Notes under the pieces: model-generated
The model's input: the letters and a program-made list of their open reading frames with translations, nothing else
Database searches by the model: none
What the model was told of the DNA's origin: nothing
Shown: one piece after another, positions 14,721-28,429 of the stretch
Position numbering within the stretch: position 1 is the stretch's first letter
Layout: every line of letters starts with the position of its first letter
Position numbers and translations under genes: made by a program
Assembly: GCA_951406725.2 (NCBI GenBank)
Contig: OX597833.1
Coordinates: 18,166,001-18,230,000, forward strand
Reading direction: 5' to 3'
Length of the DNA: 64,000 nucleotides
Origin: Octopus vulgaris
Taxonomy: Eukaryota

Positions 14721-14822
14721 AAACCGGGTAACTTGGTAACCGCATAACTGGGTAACCGGGTAACCGAGTAACCGCGTAACTGAGAAATCGGGTAACTGGG
14801 TAACTGGGTAACCGGGTAACTC
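14721..14822. repeat. 8-bp minisatellite (TAACYGGG)n, about 12-13 copies
   Basis: AACCGGGTAACTTGGTAACCGCATAACTGGGTAACCGGGTAACCGAG... Confidence 0.8.
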
Positions 14823-14904
14823 GCCTTATGAGATTTAGGGCTAGAAAAGAAAAAGAATGATCGTGTAAAATACCGTTTTCAAGCAAAGCTTTTGCTCTCG
14901 CTGT

Positions 14905-15084
14905 GAAGGCGCGTGGTTTAGTGGTTAGGATATATCGACCCACAATCGTAAGGTCGTGAGTTCGATTCCCAGCGGCGCATCGTGTCCTTGAGCAATACAC
15001 TTTATCTCACGTTGCTCGAGTACACTCACCTGGCAAAACTGAGCTGTACCTGTAATTCAAAGGGCCGGACTTGTTACACTCTGC
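14905..15084 (+). mobile_element. SINE-C head with start of tail type ii, truncated by a SINE-B dimer (15085-15413, minus)
   Basis: GAAGGCGCGTGGTTTAGTGG...GTTCGATTCC...GAGCTGTACCTGTAATTCAAAGGGCCGG. Confidence 0.75.
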
Positions 15085-15496
15085 TATTTCTTTAATGCCC
15101 ACAAGGGGCTAAACGTATAGTGGACAAACAAGGACAGACAAAGGGATTAAGTCGATTACATCGACCCCAATGCATAACTGGTACTTAATTTATCGACCCC
15201 GAAATGATGAAAGGCAAAGTCGACCTCGGCGGAATTTGAACTCAGAACGTTATGGCAGATGAAATACCTATTTCTTTTACTTCCCACAAGGGGCTACACA
15301 CAGAGTGGACAAACAAGGGCAGACAAACGGATTAAGTCGATTACATCGACCCCAGTGCATAACTGGTACTTTATTTATCGACCCCGAAAGGATGAAAGGC
15401 AAAGTCGACCTCGTCTATGTATGTAAAGTAACGATTTTTAAAATTATCCCAAGGCCACACATTTCTGAGATGAGTGATTATAGTTGATTACATCAA

Positions 15497-15923
15497 GGAT
15501 CTTTTCGGTTTGAACGGCAGTTTTTTAAAATAATTTCCACGTAACTAAACACTTTTAAACTTCGTATACTGGTAGAATGTGTTTATAAAACATCTTTTTC
15601 TCTTGACTTTATTGAGAAAATTCTATAGTTTGTAAAATATTTGTTGTTTTTTTTCTTCAATTTCTGCAATTTCAACCAATCAATGACGTCTATTGAGGTG
15701 AAAACATTCTGTGCCGTATGAATATGTCCCTCGTTTAAGAAACAGATTGGGTTTATTTACATTTAAGAAGAAAAAAAGATACCTTTCCCCCCACCCCTAA
15801 CCCTAACTAACCCTAACCCTAAAACAGATTGAAATGCAATAGATCGATACTAGGGTCATAATTATGGGTGACAATTTCATATGACACCGCTAGAAAAAGC
15901 TGCCGTTCAAACCGAAAAGATCC
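15497..15923. mobile_element. MITE with TIR GGATCTTTTCGGTTTGAACGGCAG and internal CCCTAA repeats
   Basis: 24-bp perfect TIRs; flanks TACATCAA / AACATCAA (imperfect TSD); left part homologous to the 17256 element; CCCTAA run near 15795-15822. Confidence 0.85.
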
Positions 15924-16105
15924 AACATCAACCCCAATAGTTGATTGGTGTTACATTTTATCGACTTTACAAGGAGAAAATTCCGAAAGTCAAGCTCGTT
16001 GGGATTTGAACTCAGAACATAAAGAACCGATCTTTAACATCAGCACATGGCCATACATTTCGGAGGGGAGGGGATGTAGACGATTATATCAATTATAGCT
16101 GATTA

Positions 16106-16337
16106 ATGCGGCGAGCTGGCAGAAACGTTAGCGCGTCGGGCGAAATGCTTAGCGGTATTTCGTCTGTCGTTACGTTCTGAGTTCAAATTCCGCCGTGGTC
16201 GACTTTGCCTTTCATCCTCTCAGAGTCGATAAATAAAGTACCAGTTTCGCACTGAGTCGATGTAATTGACTTAATTCGTCTGTCTGTCCTTGTTTGTCCC
16301 CTCTATGTTTAGCCCCTTGTGGGTAGTAAAGAAATAT
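16106..16337 (+). mobile_element. SINE-B full copy
   Basis: Flanked by a ~20-bp duplication TATATCAATTATAGCTGATT. Confidence 0.9.
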
Positions 16338-16370
16338 ATATCAATTATAGCTGATTGGCGCTACATTTTG

Positions 16371-16710
16371 TGAAGGCGCATGGCTTAGTGGTTAGAGCGT
16401 AGAGCTTACGATCGTGAGGTTGTGAGTTCGATTCCCGGACCGGGCTGTGTGTTGTGTTCTTAAGCAAGACACTTTATTTCACGTTGCTCCATTTCACTCA
16501 GTTGTAGAAATGAGTTGCGACATCACAGGTGCCAAGCTGTATTGGCCTTTGCCTTACTCTTGGATAACATCAGTGGTGTGCAGAGGGGAGGCTGGTATGC
16601 ATGAGCGATTGCTAGCCTTCCACAAACAACCTTGCCCGGACTTGTGCCTCGCAGCGTAACTTTCTAGGTGCAATCCCATGGTCATTCATGACCAAAGGGG
16701 GTCTCCTCCT
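16371..16710 (+). mobile_element. SINE-C full copy
   Basis: Matches 7871-8207 along its length. Confidence 0.85.
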
Positions 16711-17255
16711 AGGTGCTACATTCTATCGACCCCACAAGAACGAAATTGCGAAAGTCAGACTCATTGGGATTTGAACTCAAAACATAAAGAACCGATTTTT
16801 AACATTAGCACATGGCCACACATTTCGGAAGGAGCGGGGGGATAAGACGATTTGTGTTACATTTTATCGACCCCAGAAGAAAGAAATTACGAAAATCAAG
16901 CTTAGTAGTATTTGAACTCGGAGCGTAAAATGACGTAAATGAATAAATCAAAGCTGCTTGGCATTTTTATCATTCCTGCCACCCAACCTGCATAAATATA
17001 AATATACAAATACCCCTCATGGCATAACATCGTTTGCACCCGATTAGATGACTAAGTTGATGAGTACGATGTAACATTTATATTACGTAGTTATTATTCT
17101 GTTTACTTAACACAGTATGGCTTCCAAATAAATGATACGGCGTATAAACCGCATGTTGGTCTACGTTGCTCTAAATAGTCTGACTATGTATTTGGCGCAG
17201 GCATGGTTGTGTGGTTAAGCAGCTCGCTTTGTAACCCTGTGGTTCCGGGTTCAGT

Positions 17256-18048
17256 GGATCTTTTCCTTTTGAACGGCAGTTTTCAACACAATTTCTAGTT
17301 AACTAAACACTTTTAAACTTCGTTTACTGGTAGAATGTGTCAAAATAAAACATTTTTTTCTCTTGGCTTTCTTGAGAAAATTGTAATTTGTAAGTTTAAC
17401 GTAGTTTAATTTTTCGAATTTTAACAAATCGATGGCTTCTATTTAGCTAAAATCATTTGCTGCGTCTAAAACTGAGACAACATCCTGTCACTGACCCTAA
17501 CCCTACACTAACCCTAACCCTAACCCTAACCCTAACCCTAACCCCAACCCCAACCCTAACCCTAACCCTAAATTTTAGCCTTTCGTTTTTTTCTTAATTG
17601 TTAAATTAATTTAATTGTTACGCGCGTGTCTAAAATTATTCGTTTTTTTTTTGTTTTGAGATACACGTGTATTGTTTAAACTATTTTCCATTGCTTAAGA
17701 AGAAAAAAAAAACGAAAGGCTAAAACGAAAGCAATGGAAAATAATTTAAACAATTAACAAACAAAATAATTCCATAATTTTATACACACGCTTTCCGAAC
17801 GTAAACATAACAGTGACAGGATGTTGTCTCAGTTTTAGACGCAGCAAATGATTTTAGCTAAATAGAGGCTATTGATTGGTTAAAATTCGAAAAATTAAAT
17901 TACATTAAACTTACAAATTGCAATTTTCTCAAGAAAGCCAAGAGAAAAAAATGTTTTATTTTGACACATTCTACCAGTATACGAAGTTTAAAAGTATTTA
18001 GTTAACTAGAAATTGTGTTGAAAACTGCCGTTCAAAAGGAAAAGATCC
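17256..18048. mobile_element. Foldback (MULE-like) MITE, ~238-bp TIRs, (CCCTAA)n core, inserted in SINE-A (17195-18400)
   Basis: Arms about 17256-17493 and 17811-18048 are near-perfect inverted repeats; perfect 9-bp TSD GGGTTCAGT at 17247-17255 and 18049-18057; about 12 CCCTAA-like units at 17494-17571. Confidence 0.92.
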
Positions 18049-19535
18049 GGGTTCAGTTCCACTACGCGACACTTTGGTCAAGTGTTTTTTACGATAACCC
18101 TGGACTGACCAATGCCTTGTGGGTAAAGTTGGCAGATGAAGATTGTGTGGAAGTCCTTCTTATTTAGGTTTGTGTGTGCCTTCGAGTGTGTCTCCGTATT
18201 TGTTCTTCATCGCCGCTTGACGACCGATGTTGGTTTGTTTACGCTTTCATAACTTAGTGGTTCGGCAAAAGACCGGTAGAATAAGTATTGACTTAAAAGA
18301 ACAAATGAACTTAAGTACTGAGGTCGATTTGTTCGACAAAACCCTTCAAGGCAGTGCTCTAACATGGCCGCAGTCCAATGACTGTGGAAAGTAAGAGGAT
18401 GGTAGTCTTTAAATTAATTAATTATTCAGTCACCCTCATTCATTTCAGAAAATAGCAACAAAACAATTTTAGAAAATAACTATTTTAGTTCTAAACAAAC
18501 TAAAAAAGAAAAACTAAATCAGATTTTTGAAGAATTTCGAAGTCTGAGATGATAGTATTCCCGAGAGATCATCGTGCATTTGTTGCTTATTTCAGTCATT
18601 AAACTGCGACCATGCTGGGGCACAGCCTTGAAGACTTTTAGTCGAATGAATACACTGGTACTTATATTTTTAATCCTGGTACATATTTTTTGCCGAACCG
18701 TAAGCACACCAGCACCGATTGTCAAGCGGTGGTGGGGGAAAAACACAGACACAAACACACACACACAGATGTATAAAATATGAGAGAAAGAAAATGGAAT
18801 TCACGAGACTTTATTATTCACTACGATCGTTTCGACCCATCATGCACCGGAGCCCCACGAGTGAGACGCTATACAAATAGTTTGGTGCATCATAGGTGGA
18901 GATGGGTGACTTCTTAAAAGATACCTCGCTTTTTAATCTCCGCTTCGCTTATTTCGATTGGAATACATTTTTTTTTGCAGTTGTCGTTCACTACTCGTAT
19001 TCAGAGACACTTATGTCATAATGAAGAACACTTCTCGGATAAGTAATAAGGTGACTTACAAAGAATAAAAAATAAAATAAATATGAAAATAAACAAGAGA
19101 ATCAAATAATATGCTTTATAATAATAATGAAAAACGTTAAATCAAGCCATAAAACAACCATGGATAGAACGAAAAACAAAACACAAAACACAACCGGACA
19201 TTCAAACTGAGCCTAAGCGATCTTAACGTTTTCACGAAGCAAAAATTTATATATATACCCACGCATAGACATATGCACATAAAAAGATATTCACTTATTA
19301 GCATTTTCAGTTTACAAAGACATCTGTTGATAAGCCAGTGTTTGTGTCCACACACACATACCAGGCGTTAAATGTGCGTCGTTTACCATTCTGATATTTT
19401 AACCACTCCTTTGATTCAGTCTTCAACGGCGTCAGTCTGATTTCATCCTGTAGATAGTTAGACTTGGTTGATTTATAGTCACATATCAACACAGATTCAT
19501 ACATACTCAAATTCGTTCACATTTATGCATATACA

Positions 19536-19649
19536 TTGGCTCTGACGAAAGTAGCATTAATTTTTTTTTAGGTCGTTCAATTTTTCTCAGCTGATTAACT
19601 GACCAATTGAGTAAACCTATAATGATTACTGGAAACAGCTGTAAGCCAA
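19536..19649 (+). ncRNA. Type I hammerhead ribozyme motif with extended stem II
   Basis: Stem I TTGGCT/AGCCAA; core CTGACGA (19542); stem II AGTAGCATTA/TAATGATTACT; GAAAC-AGCT-GTA cleavage triplet at 19641-19643. The 10.1-11.1 pair appears mismatched. Confidence 0.6.
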
Positions 19650-19721
19650 ATTTGCTCAAATAAAGGAAAATATATGTAATAACCATTATTTATTCCTTGT
19701 TTTATATATACATATACTCAT

Positions 19722-19916
19722 TAACTTGTTTCAGTCATTTAACTGCGGTCATGCTGAAGCACAGCCTTCAGCCGAGCAAATCGACCCAAAGACTTATTCT
19801 TTGTAAGCCTAGTACTTATTCTATCGGTCTTTTTTGCTGAACCGCTAAGTTACGGGGACGTAAACACACCAGCATCGGTTGTCAAGCGATGTTGGAGGGG
19901 ACAAACACAGACGCAG

Positions 19917-19991
<75 letters not shown>

Positions 19992-20146
19992 CGACGGGCT
20001 TCTTTCAGTTTAGTCTAGCAAATCCATTCACAAGCTTTGGTCGGCCCGAAGCTGTAGACACTTGCAAGGTGCCACGCAGTGGGACTGGACCCGGAACCAT
20101 GTGGTTGGTAAGTAAGCTCCTTACCATGCACCCACTCCTACGCCTA
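19722..20146 (-). mobile_element. SINE-A
   Basis: Full head, microsatellite and tail. Confidence 0.9.
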
Positions 20147-20617
20147 TGTATGTATATATATAAACAATATAAATAATAAGGATTGCTACGAAGTTGCACA
20201 GCATTACCTTTAATTCGTTTACTATATAAAGCTTTGTTTCAATTCCATCGATTAATAACCATTGCAATTGCAATCCTACTATAAAACCGGTGTAGTTTCT
20301 CCAGGGTCTTTACTTGACATCCTTCGGTTTGGCCGTTTAAAGTTTTCCGTTTATCTACCTTGCGTTCTATAATGTAGAGTTGTCCGTTAAGTTAGACGCG
20401 CACAGTCTACCGGGCACAGCCAGATCACCAGTGATTTCACATTTACATTAATGAACTACAGTGGCTCTTACCGGCGTCCTGGGTTAAACTCAACTCGCCT
20501 TGTCAGTTTATAAGATCACCGTAGAAATCATACGCTGATTTCATAAATGGTAAGAGTGTAAATCATAAATAATAAAGGTGGATTGTTGGCAATTTTTCAA
20601 CCTAAAAGCAAAAATTT

Positions 20618-21008
20618 ATGGCTGTGTGGTAAGTAGCTTGCTAACCAACCACATGGTTCCGGGTTCAGTCCCACTGCGTGGCATCTTGGGCAAGTGTCTT
20701 CTGCTATAGCCCCAAGCCGACCAATGCCTTGTGAGTGGATTTGGTAGACGGAAACTGAAAGAAGCTTGTCGTATATATGTATATATATGTGTATGTATGT
20801 GTATGTGTTTGTGTGTCAGTGTTTGTACCCCTAGCAATGCTTGACAACCGATGCTGGTGTGTTTACGTCCCCGTAACTTAGCGATAGAATAAGTACTGGG
20901 CTTACAAAGAATAAGTCCCGGGGTCGAGTTGCTCGACTAAAGGCGGTGCTCCAGCATGGCCGCAGTCAAATGACTGAAACATGCAAAAGAGTAAAAGAGT
21001 AAAGAGTA
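20618..21008 (+). mobile_element. SINE-A
   Basis: Full head, microsatellite and tail. Confidence 0.9.
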
Positions 21009-21089
21009 CTAAAGCGACTAAGGGTGCTATTCAGCACCAGTATTGGTAGAAAAAAGAGTGTGTGTGTGTAAGTGTGTGTGTGTGTGTGT

Positions 21090-21126
<37 letters not shown>

Positions 21127-21334
21127 GAACTTTATCATCTGGTGTTGTATTTAATGCTGGACACTGATGAAGTAAAGTGCAAGAGAGCATAATTGTCTTC
21201 ACAATTGTTATGTAATTATTTCGGCTTTTTTTTTCATGAGACGCTTTATCTTCAGTAAAGCATTGAATACCATACCCCTTTTCTGCTTATAAACACCACA
21301 GACTTGCACACACATACACAAACACACACACACA

Positions 21335-21372
<38 letters not shown>

Positions 21373-21686
21373 CTCATGCACACATACACACATACATATA
21401 TGTATGTATTTTTCTTTTATTTTTAAGGAACTCCTTTTAACAAATTTGTTCAATTTAGCTTAGCTTAATTAATTTGTGTCTGGAGTTATGCTGTGCAAAG
21501 GAGAATGAAATAGTACTATACACGGCGACCAACGACTAAAATCATTAAGAACTTTGTTTTATATAAGAGAAAAAAAATTAAGAATTAAAAATTAGAAATG
21601 GAATGCGTTTGTTCTTCAAATAAACTCAGGTCACCTTGAAGAAATTCTCTCGCCTTTGAAAGTAAATCACCAGAAGCAACTACGTG

Positions 21687-21743
<57 letters not shown>

Positions 21744-21827
21744 CTATACATATACATATATATATATATACAATACACACATATATATATACATATATAT
21801 ATATATATACATACAAACATACATACA

Positions 21828-21901
<74 letters not shown>

Positions 21902-22121
21902 CATACATATATATATACATATATATATACAATACACACATACATATATATATATATACATATATATACATATATATATATACATATATATATATATACA
22001 TATATATAGCAAAAACAATTAAGATTCAAGCGAATTCCAATGAATTCAAATGAATGCGGTACTTAACTTAGATGCACCAGAATTCTTTATGGTATTAACC
22101 ATAAAATAATGTGGGGGGATT

Positions 22122-22254
22122 ATAACCAAGAAAAAAAGCAACAAGAATGGATTAGTAGTTTAGTACAATTGTTTCATACTAAATAAAATTGCTCTTGGTA
22201 TGAAACAATTGTACTAAACTACTAATCCATTCTTGTTGCCTTTTTCTTGGTTAT
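22122..22254. repeat. Near-perfect hairpin (~57-bp arms, ~18-nt loop)
   Basis: ATAACCAAGAAAAAAAGCAACAAGAATGGATTAGTAGTTTAGTACAATTGTTTCATAC followed by its reverse complement at 22198-22254. Confidence 0.85.
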
Positions 22255-22255
22255 C

Positions 22256-22294
<39 letters not shown>

Positions 22295-22306
<12 letters not shown>

Positions 22307-22671
22307 GGCAGTTTGTCTGTGCGTGTTTCTGTGTGTCTGTTTGCTTGTACCCTCACCCTGACCACGGCTTTCAACCGATTCTGATGAAACTTGACACACA
22401 CATAGCCCAATGTCATAATTCAAAACTAACGCAGCGAAAATTTTGAAAAGTTCCCTCAGTTCTGAAAAAAATCGATAAATTCGACATGGGGTCGAGAATC
22501 AGAAACACAAACCGCAAACTGTCTAGGGGACGCAACTCCACCTTTTTTAACTAAAAAAAAAATTTACCATCATTTTTTTCCATTTTTTTGCTTTTTTTGG
22601 CTATAACTCTCTAAAAATGCTTTATAGTTATTTCCCTTACAAACCTGAGCAACGCCGGGCGATACTGCTAG
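22295..22671 (+). mobile_element. Non-autonomous Helitron
   Basis: 5' TATATAAA...TGTCTGT region with ACCGATTCTGATGAAACT motif; 3' hairpin CCTGAGCAACGCCGGG followed by terminal CTAG|T at 22668-22671. Confidence 0.75.
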
Positions 22672-22719
22672 TATATATATATATATATATGTATGTATAC
22701 ATATATATATATGTATGTA

Positions 22720-24418
<1,699 letters not shown>

Positions 24419-24571
24419 TATATTTCTAAAAAAGTTGAGAGTTACGCTTCGACATTTTCTCTCCCAAAAGGTTTTGCAGTCCAATATTTATAATTAATAG
24501 CTTTAGGTGTATGCTTCGAGATTAGTTCACGTTCTCTCGAAAGTTTAAAACTAATTCTCCTGAAATCAACA

Positions 24572-24638
<67 letters not shown>

Positions 24639-24849
24639 GGGGTAGAGAGCACGTGTGTATGCATTTATGTATGGATGGATAGATGCATGCTTGCTTGAAT
24701 GTTATATGTCTGTCTGTTTATGTGTGGTGGTGTGTGTATGTTAATTAGCAAACAATTGGTAACATAATATGGAAGCTTAGTTGAAATTCTTTTGGCAGAA
24801 ATTTTTAAATATTCTTTGCGTCAAAGACTTAATCCCCATCTCCTGCAAC

Positions 24850-25350
24850 TACTCCCTTCCTCCACACTCTCTCTCTCTTTGTCTCTTTTTATACAACTCT
24901 TCCCGCTCCCCATCTTTATATCTATTCCATTCTTTCTTTCTTTCTTTCTTTCTCACTCTCACCGACATCACTTTTTCTTGTCTCATTTCTTCCACTCCTT
25001 CCCCCTCTCTCTCCCTCACTATCTCTATGTCTGTCACTCCTTCTCTCCCTGTTTCTATCTCTCTTTCTCTCTCTTCCTCACTTTCTGTCTGTCGCTCCGT
25101 CTCTCACTGTCTTTCACTGTCTCTATGTGTGTCGCTCCTTTCTCTCTCTGTTTCTCACTGTCTCTATGTCTGTCACTCCTTCTCTCTCTCTCTCTCTCTT
25201 ATTGTCGCTATGTCTGTCACTCTTCGTCTCTCTCTGTCTCTCACTGTCTCTAAGTCTGTCGCTCCTCCTCCTCTCTCTCTCTCTCTTTCTGCCTCTATCT
25301 GTTTCTATGTCTGTTGCTCCTTCTCTTTCTCTCTCTCCAGCACAGTCTAT
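24850..25350. repeat. CT-rich low-complexity tract
   Basis: Degenerate (CT)n with TCTATGTCTGTCACT units. Confidence 0.85.
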
Positions 25351-25780
25351 GTCTGGCGCTCTCCCCACCCCACCCCCACTTCCTTCATCTTGCCATCTCA
25401 TTCCGACTTAGAAAGGTCACAGAACAAAACTGTAACATTAAATCAAGCACGGGCAACCTTTATGAAGAAAACGGGCCGCATGAGACAAGGCTCATCATCA
25501 GGCATACTACACTACTTCAAAAAGCTACGCGAGCCGCAGTTTACCCACGACCGCATGAAACTGAATTGATGTCCTGTTGTTCTTTAGTTCCAGGTCAGAT
25601 CCAGATCTAAAATAAAAACCGTTCTAATATCAAAACCATTCCACAATCATCCTGTTTTTCTTGGTGTGTAGGAGCAGGCAGCATGCTTATGGAGTAAGAT
25701 CTCACTTCCCACCCACGGAGTTTCGAATTCAGTTCCACTGTGCAGTACCTTAGGCAAGACTCTTTCACTATTGCCCCGAG

Positions 25781-26190
25781 AAGGCGGCGGGCTGGCAGAA
25801 ACGGTAGCACACCGGGCGAAATGCTTAGCGGTATTTCATCTACCGCTACGTTCTGAGTTTAAATTCGCCGAGGTCGACTTTACCTTTCTTCCTTTCGGGG
25901 TCGATTAAGTAAGTACCAGTTACGTACTGGGGTCGATGTAATCGACTTAATCCGTTTGTCTGTCCTTGTTTGTCCTCTATGTGTTTAGCCCCTTGTGGCT
26001 AGTAAAGAAATAGGTATTTCGTCCGTCGCTACGTTCTGAGATCAAATTCCGCCGAGGTCGACTTTGCCCTTCATCCTTCCGGGGTCGATTGGTACCAGTT
26101 ACGCACTGGGGTCGATGTAATCGACTTAATACATTTGTCTGTCTTTGTTTGTCCCCTCTATGTTTAGCTCCTTGTGGGCAATAAAGAAAT
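25781..26190 (+). mobile_element. SINE-B dimer inserted in a SINE-A relic
   Basis: TSD CTATTGCCCCGAG on both sides; junction AAAGAAATAG|GTATTTCGTC. Confidence 0.88.
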
Positions 26191-26724
26191 AGCTATTGCC
26201 CCGAGTAAACCAAAGACTTTCGAGTGAATTTGGTAGATTTGATGAACTGAAAGAGGCCCTTCGTATATGAACGAGCATGCACACATGCATGCATGCATGC
26301 ATGCATCCATCCATCCATCCATCCATCCATACATACATACATAGCAATATTGGGAAATTAGGTTTCTCAAAACCAGAAAAGAGAAAGCTGATTCCAAGCC
26401 ATTACTGGAACTATAAAAATCTGTTAGGTTTTCCAGAAGTTTATCATTTAAGTATATATGAACATGTTTAGACATACAACTATATGCATGAGAATACATA
26501 GATAAAGCAAAGCATACAAATCTGCACACATGCATACAAACAAAAATGCCCTGCTAATTTTGTAGAAATTCCAACAAAAAAGCCTAGGATCTAGGTTAGA
26601 AACCAGTTCTTTCTCTATTGGCAAGAAATATCGAAATAAAACTCAATATTGACACACATACTTACGTATGTATGTATGTATGTATGTATGTATGTATGTA
26701 TGTATGTATGTATGTATGTATGTA

Positions 26725-26757
<33 letters not shown>

Positions 26758-26962
26758 ATGTATGTATGTATGTATGTATGTATGTATGTATGTATGTAGA
26801 TTTGTATGTTTTGTTTTGTATAGGTATTCTCATGCATATAGTTGCATATTTAGACATGCTCATACATATTTAGATTATAGACTTCTGGAAAGTTTTACAG
26901 ATTTTTATTATAATCTATATTTTGTAGTACTGTCTCTCTGTCTGTCTGTTTGTCTGTTTATA

Positions 26963-28233
26963 TTAGGTTGTCAAGAAAGTTCTCGCGGTTTTTAACCTTT
27001 CAATTCAGATGCACATATCTCGGCTCAAACAAAGCTTTATTAATCGAAATAAACACCATCAGAATCAACACACTTTTGCCAACGCGAAACAAGTTTACGT
27101 CAGTAGCATAAAAATCCGGCATTCTGGTGGCGATGAAGTCGTTGAAGGTGTGTTTGGCATCATCTTGATTTTTTAAGTATTTCTCACACAGAAAATTGTC
27201 GAGATGCTTGAAAAAGTGGTAGTCGGTAGTCTGGTGAGTATGGCGGATGAGGCAGACTTCCGTAGCCCAAATCGTTCAACTTCTGCAGGGTCAGTTGTGC
27301 GACGTGCGGCTGAGCTTTGTCGTGGAGAAGAACTGACCCCTTTCTATTGACCAATACTGGCTGTTGTCGGAGTTTCTTATGCATTTCATCCATTTGCTGA
27401 CAGTACTTCTCTGCCATAATGGTTTCGCCTGGATCCAAAAAGCTGTGATCGATGAGACCGCCCGAAGACTTCCAAACAGTCACCATGACCTTCTTTTGGT
27501 GCAATTTTGGCTTCAGGAAGTGCCGTGGAGCTTCGTCGGCATCCAACTACTGAGCTGAGCGTCGCCGGTTATCGTAAAGAATTCCCTTTTCATCGCAAGT
27601 CATAATCCCGTCGAGAAACAGGTCGTTCTTGCTGTGTAAAAGGGAAGATGACTCTTCAAAACAGCGTTTTTTTTTTTGGTTGTCATTCAATTCATGCAGC
27701 ACCCATTTCTCAAGTATTTTTGTTTTTCCAATCTCTTTCAAGTGGTTGGAAATTGTTGTATGCGTTACGTCTAATTCAGAAGCAAGCTCTCGAGCAGTTG
27801 TGCGTGGATTGGCTTCGACTAAGGTTCTTAGTTGATCGTTGTCAACATCCGATGGCCGACCACTACGCTTATCCTCTTCAAGATTCTCGTCCCCGCTACG
27901 AAATTTCTTGAACCACCATTGTGCTGTACGTTCATTAGTGGTTCCTGGGCCAGCCACATCGTTGATATCGCGAGCTATTTCAGCAGCTCTTCGGCCTAGC
28001 TTGAACTGGAATAAGAAATTTGTGCGAATTTGCTTTTTGTCCATGTTGTATTCAACGTTCCGGAAAAATGGCCTAATTATTCAAAAATAAAAAAAAAGTA
28101 ACCCGATTAGATAGAGCGAAAAACGGGCTTTAAAATGATATATAAAGTCTAAGTAATTTAACGAAAATGAATTTAAAAATACATCATTTAAAACCCAAAA
28201 TAAAATTCCGCAAGAACTTTCTTGACAACCAAA
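26963..28233 (-). mobile_element. Full-length mariner transposon (Hsmar1/cecropia-like), 1271 bp
   Basis: TIRs TTAGGTTGTCAAGAAAGTTCTCGCGG and CCGCAAGAACTTTCTTGACAACCAAA; TA at the left flank, TG at the right flank. Confidence 0.95.
27040..28044 (-). pseudogene. Mariner DD34D transposase pseudogene
   Basis: MDKKQIR..., WVLHEL, TCDEK, LHDKAQPH, HPPYSPD, DYHFFKHLDNFL, RWQKCVDSDGVYFD*; in-frame TAG at 27547-27549 replaces Trp; frameshifts near 27230 and 27095. Confidence 0.95.
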
Positions 28234-28351
28234 TGTGTGTGTGAGTGTGTGTGTTTATGCATTATATATATTTTAAAAACAGCGTCCTTGTTTTTAAACT
28301 ATATATATCGCAGAAACGGAGTCTGACAGATTGCTTTAAGATACGACATTT

Positions 28352-28429
<78 letters not shown>

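Noticed and set aside
17494-17571. (CCCTAA)n as a chromosome end or fusion scar
   Set aside because: Short and enclosed by TIRs with a TSD, so it belongs to a MITE. The three TTAGGG units at about 57165 are too short to interpret.
24781-25569. 262-aa Ser/Leu-rich ORF
   Set aside because: TTG start and CT-rich low complexity; no domain.
27040-28044. Domesticated SETMAR gene
   Set aside because: No SET domain exons seen; both TIRs are present and the ORF has a stop and frameshifts.
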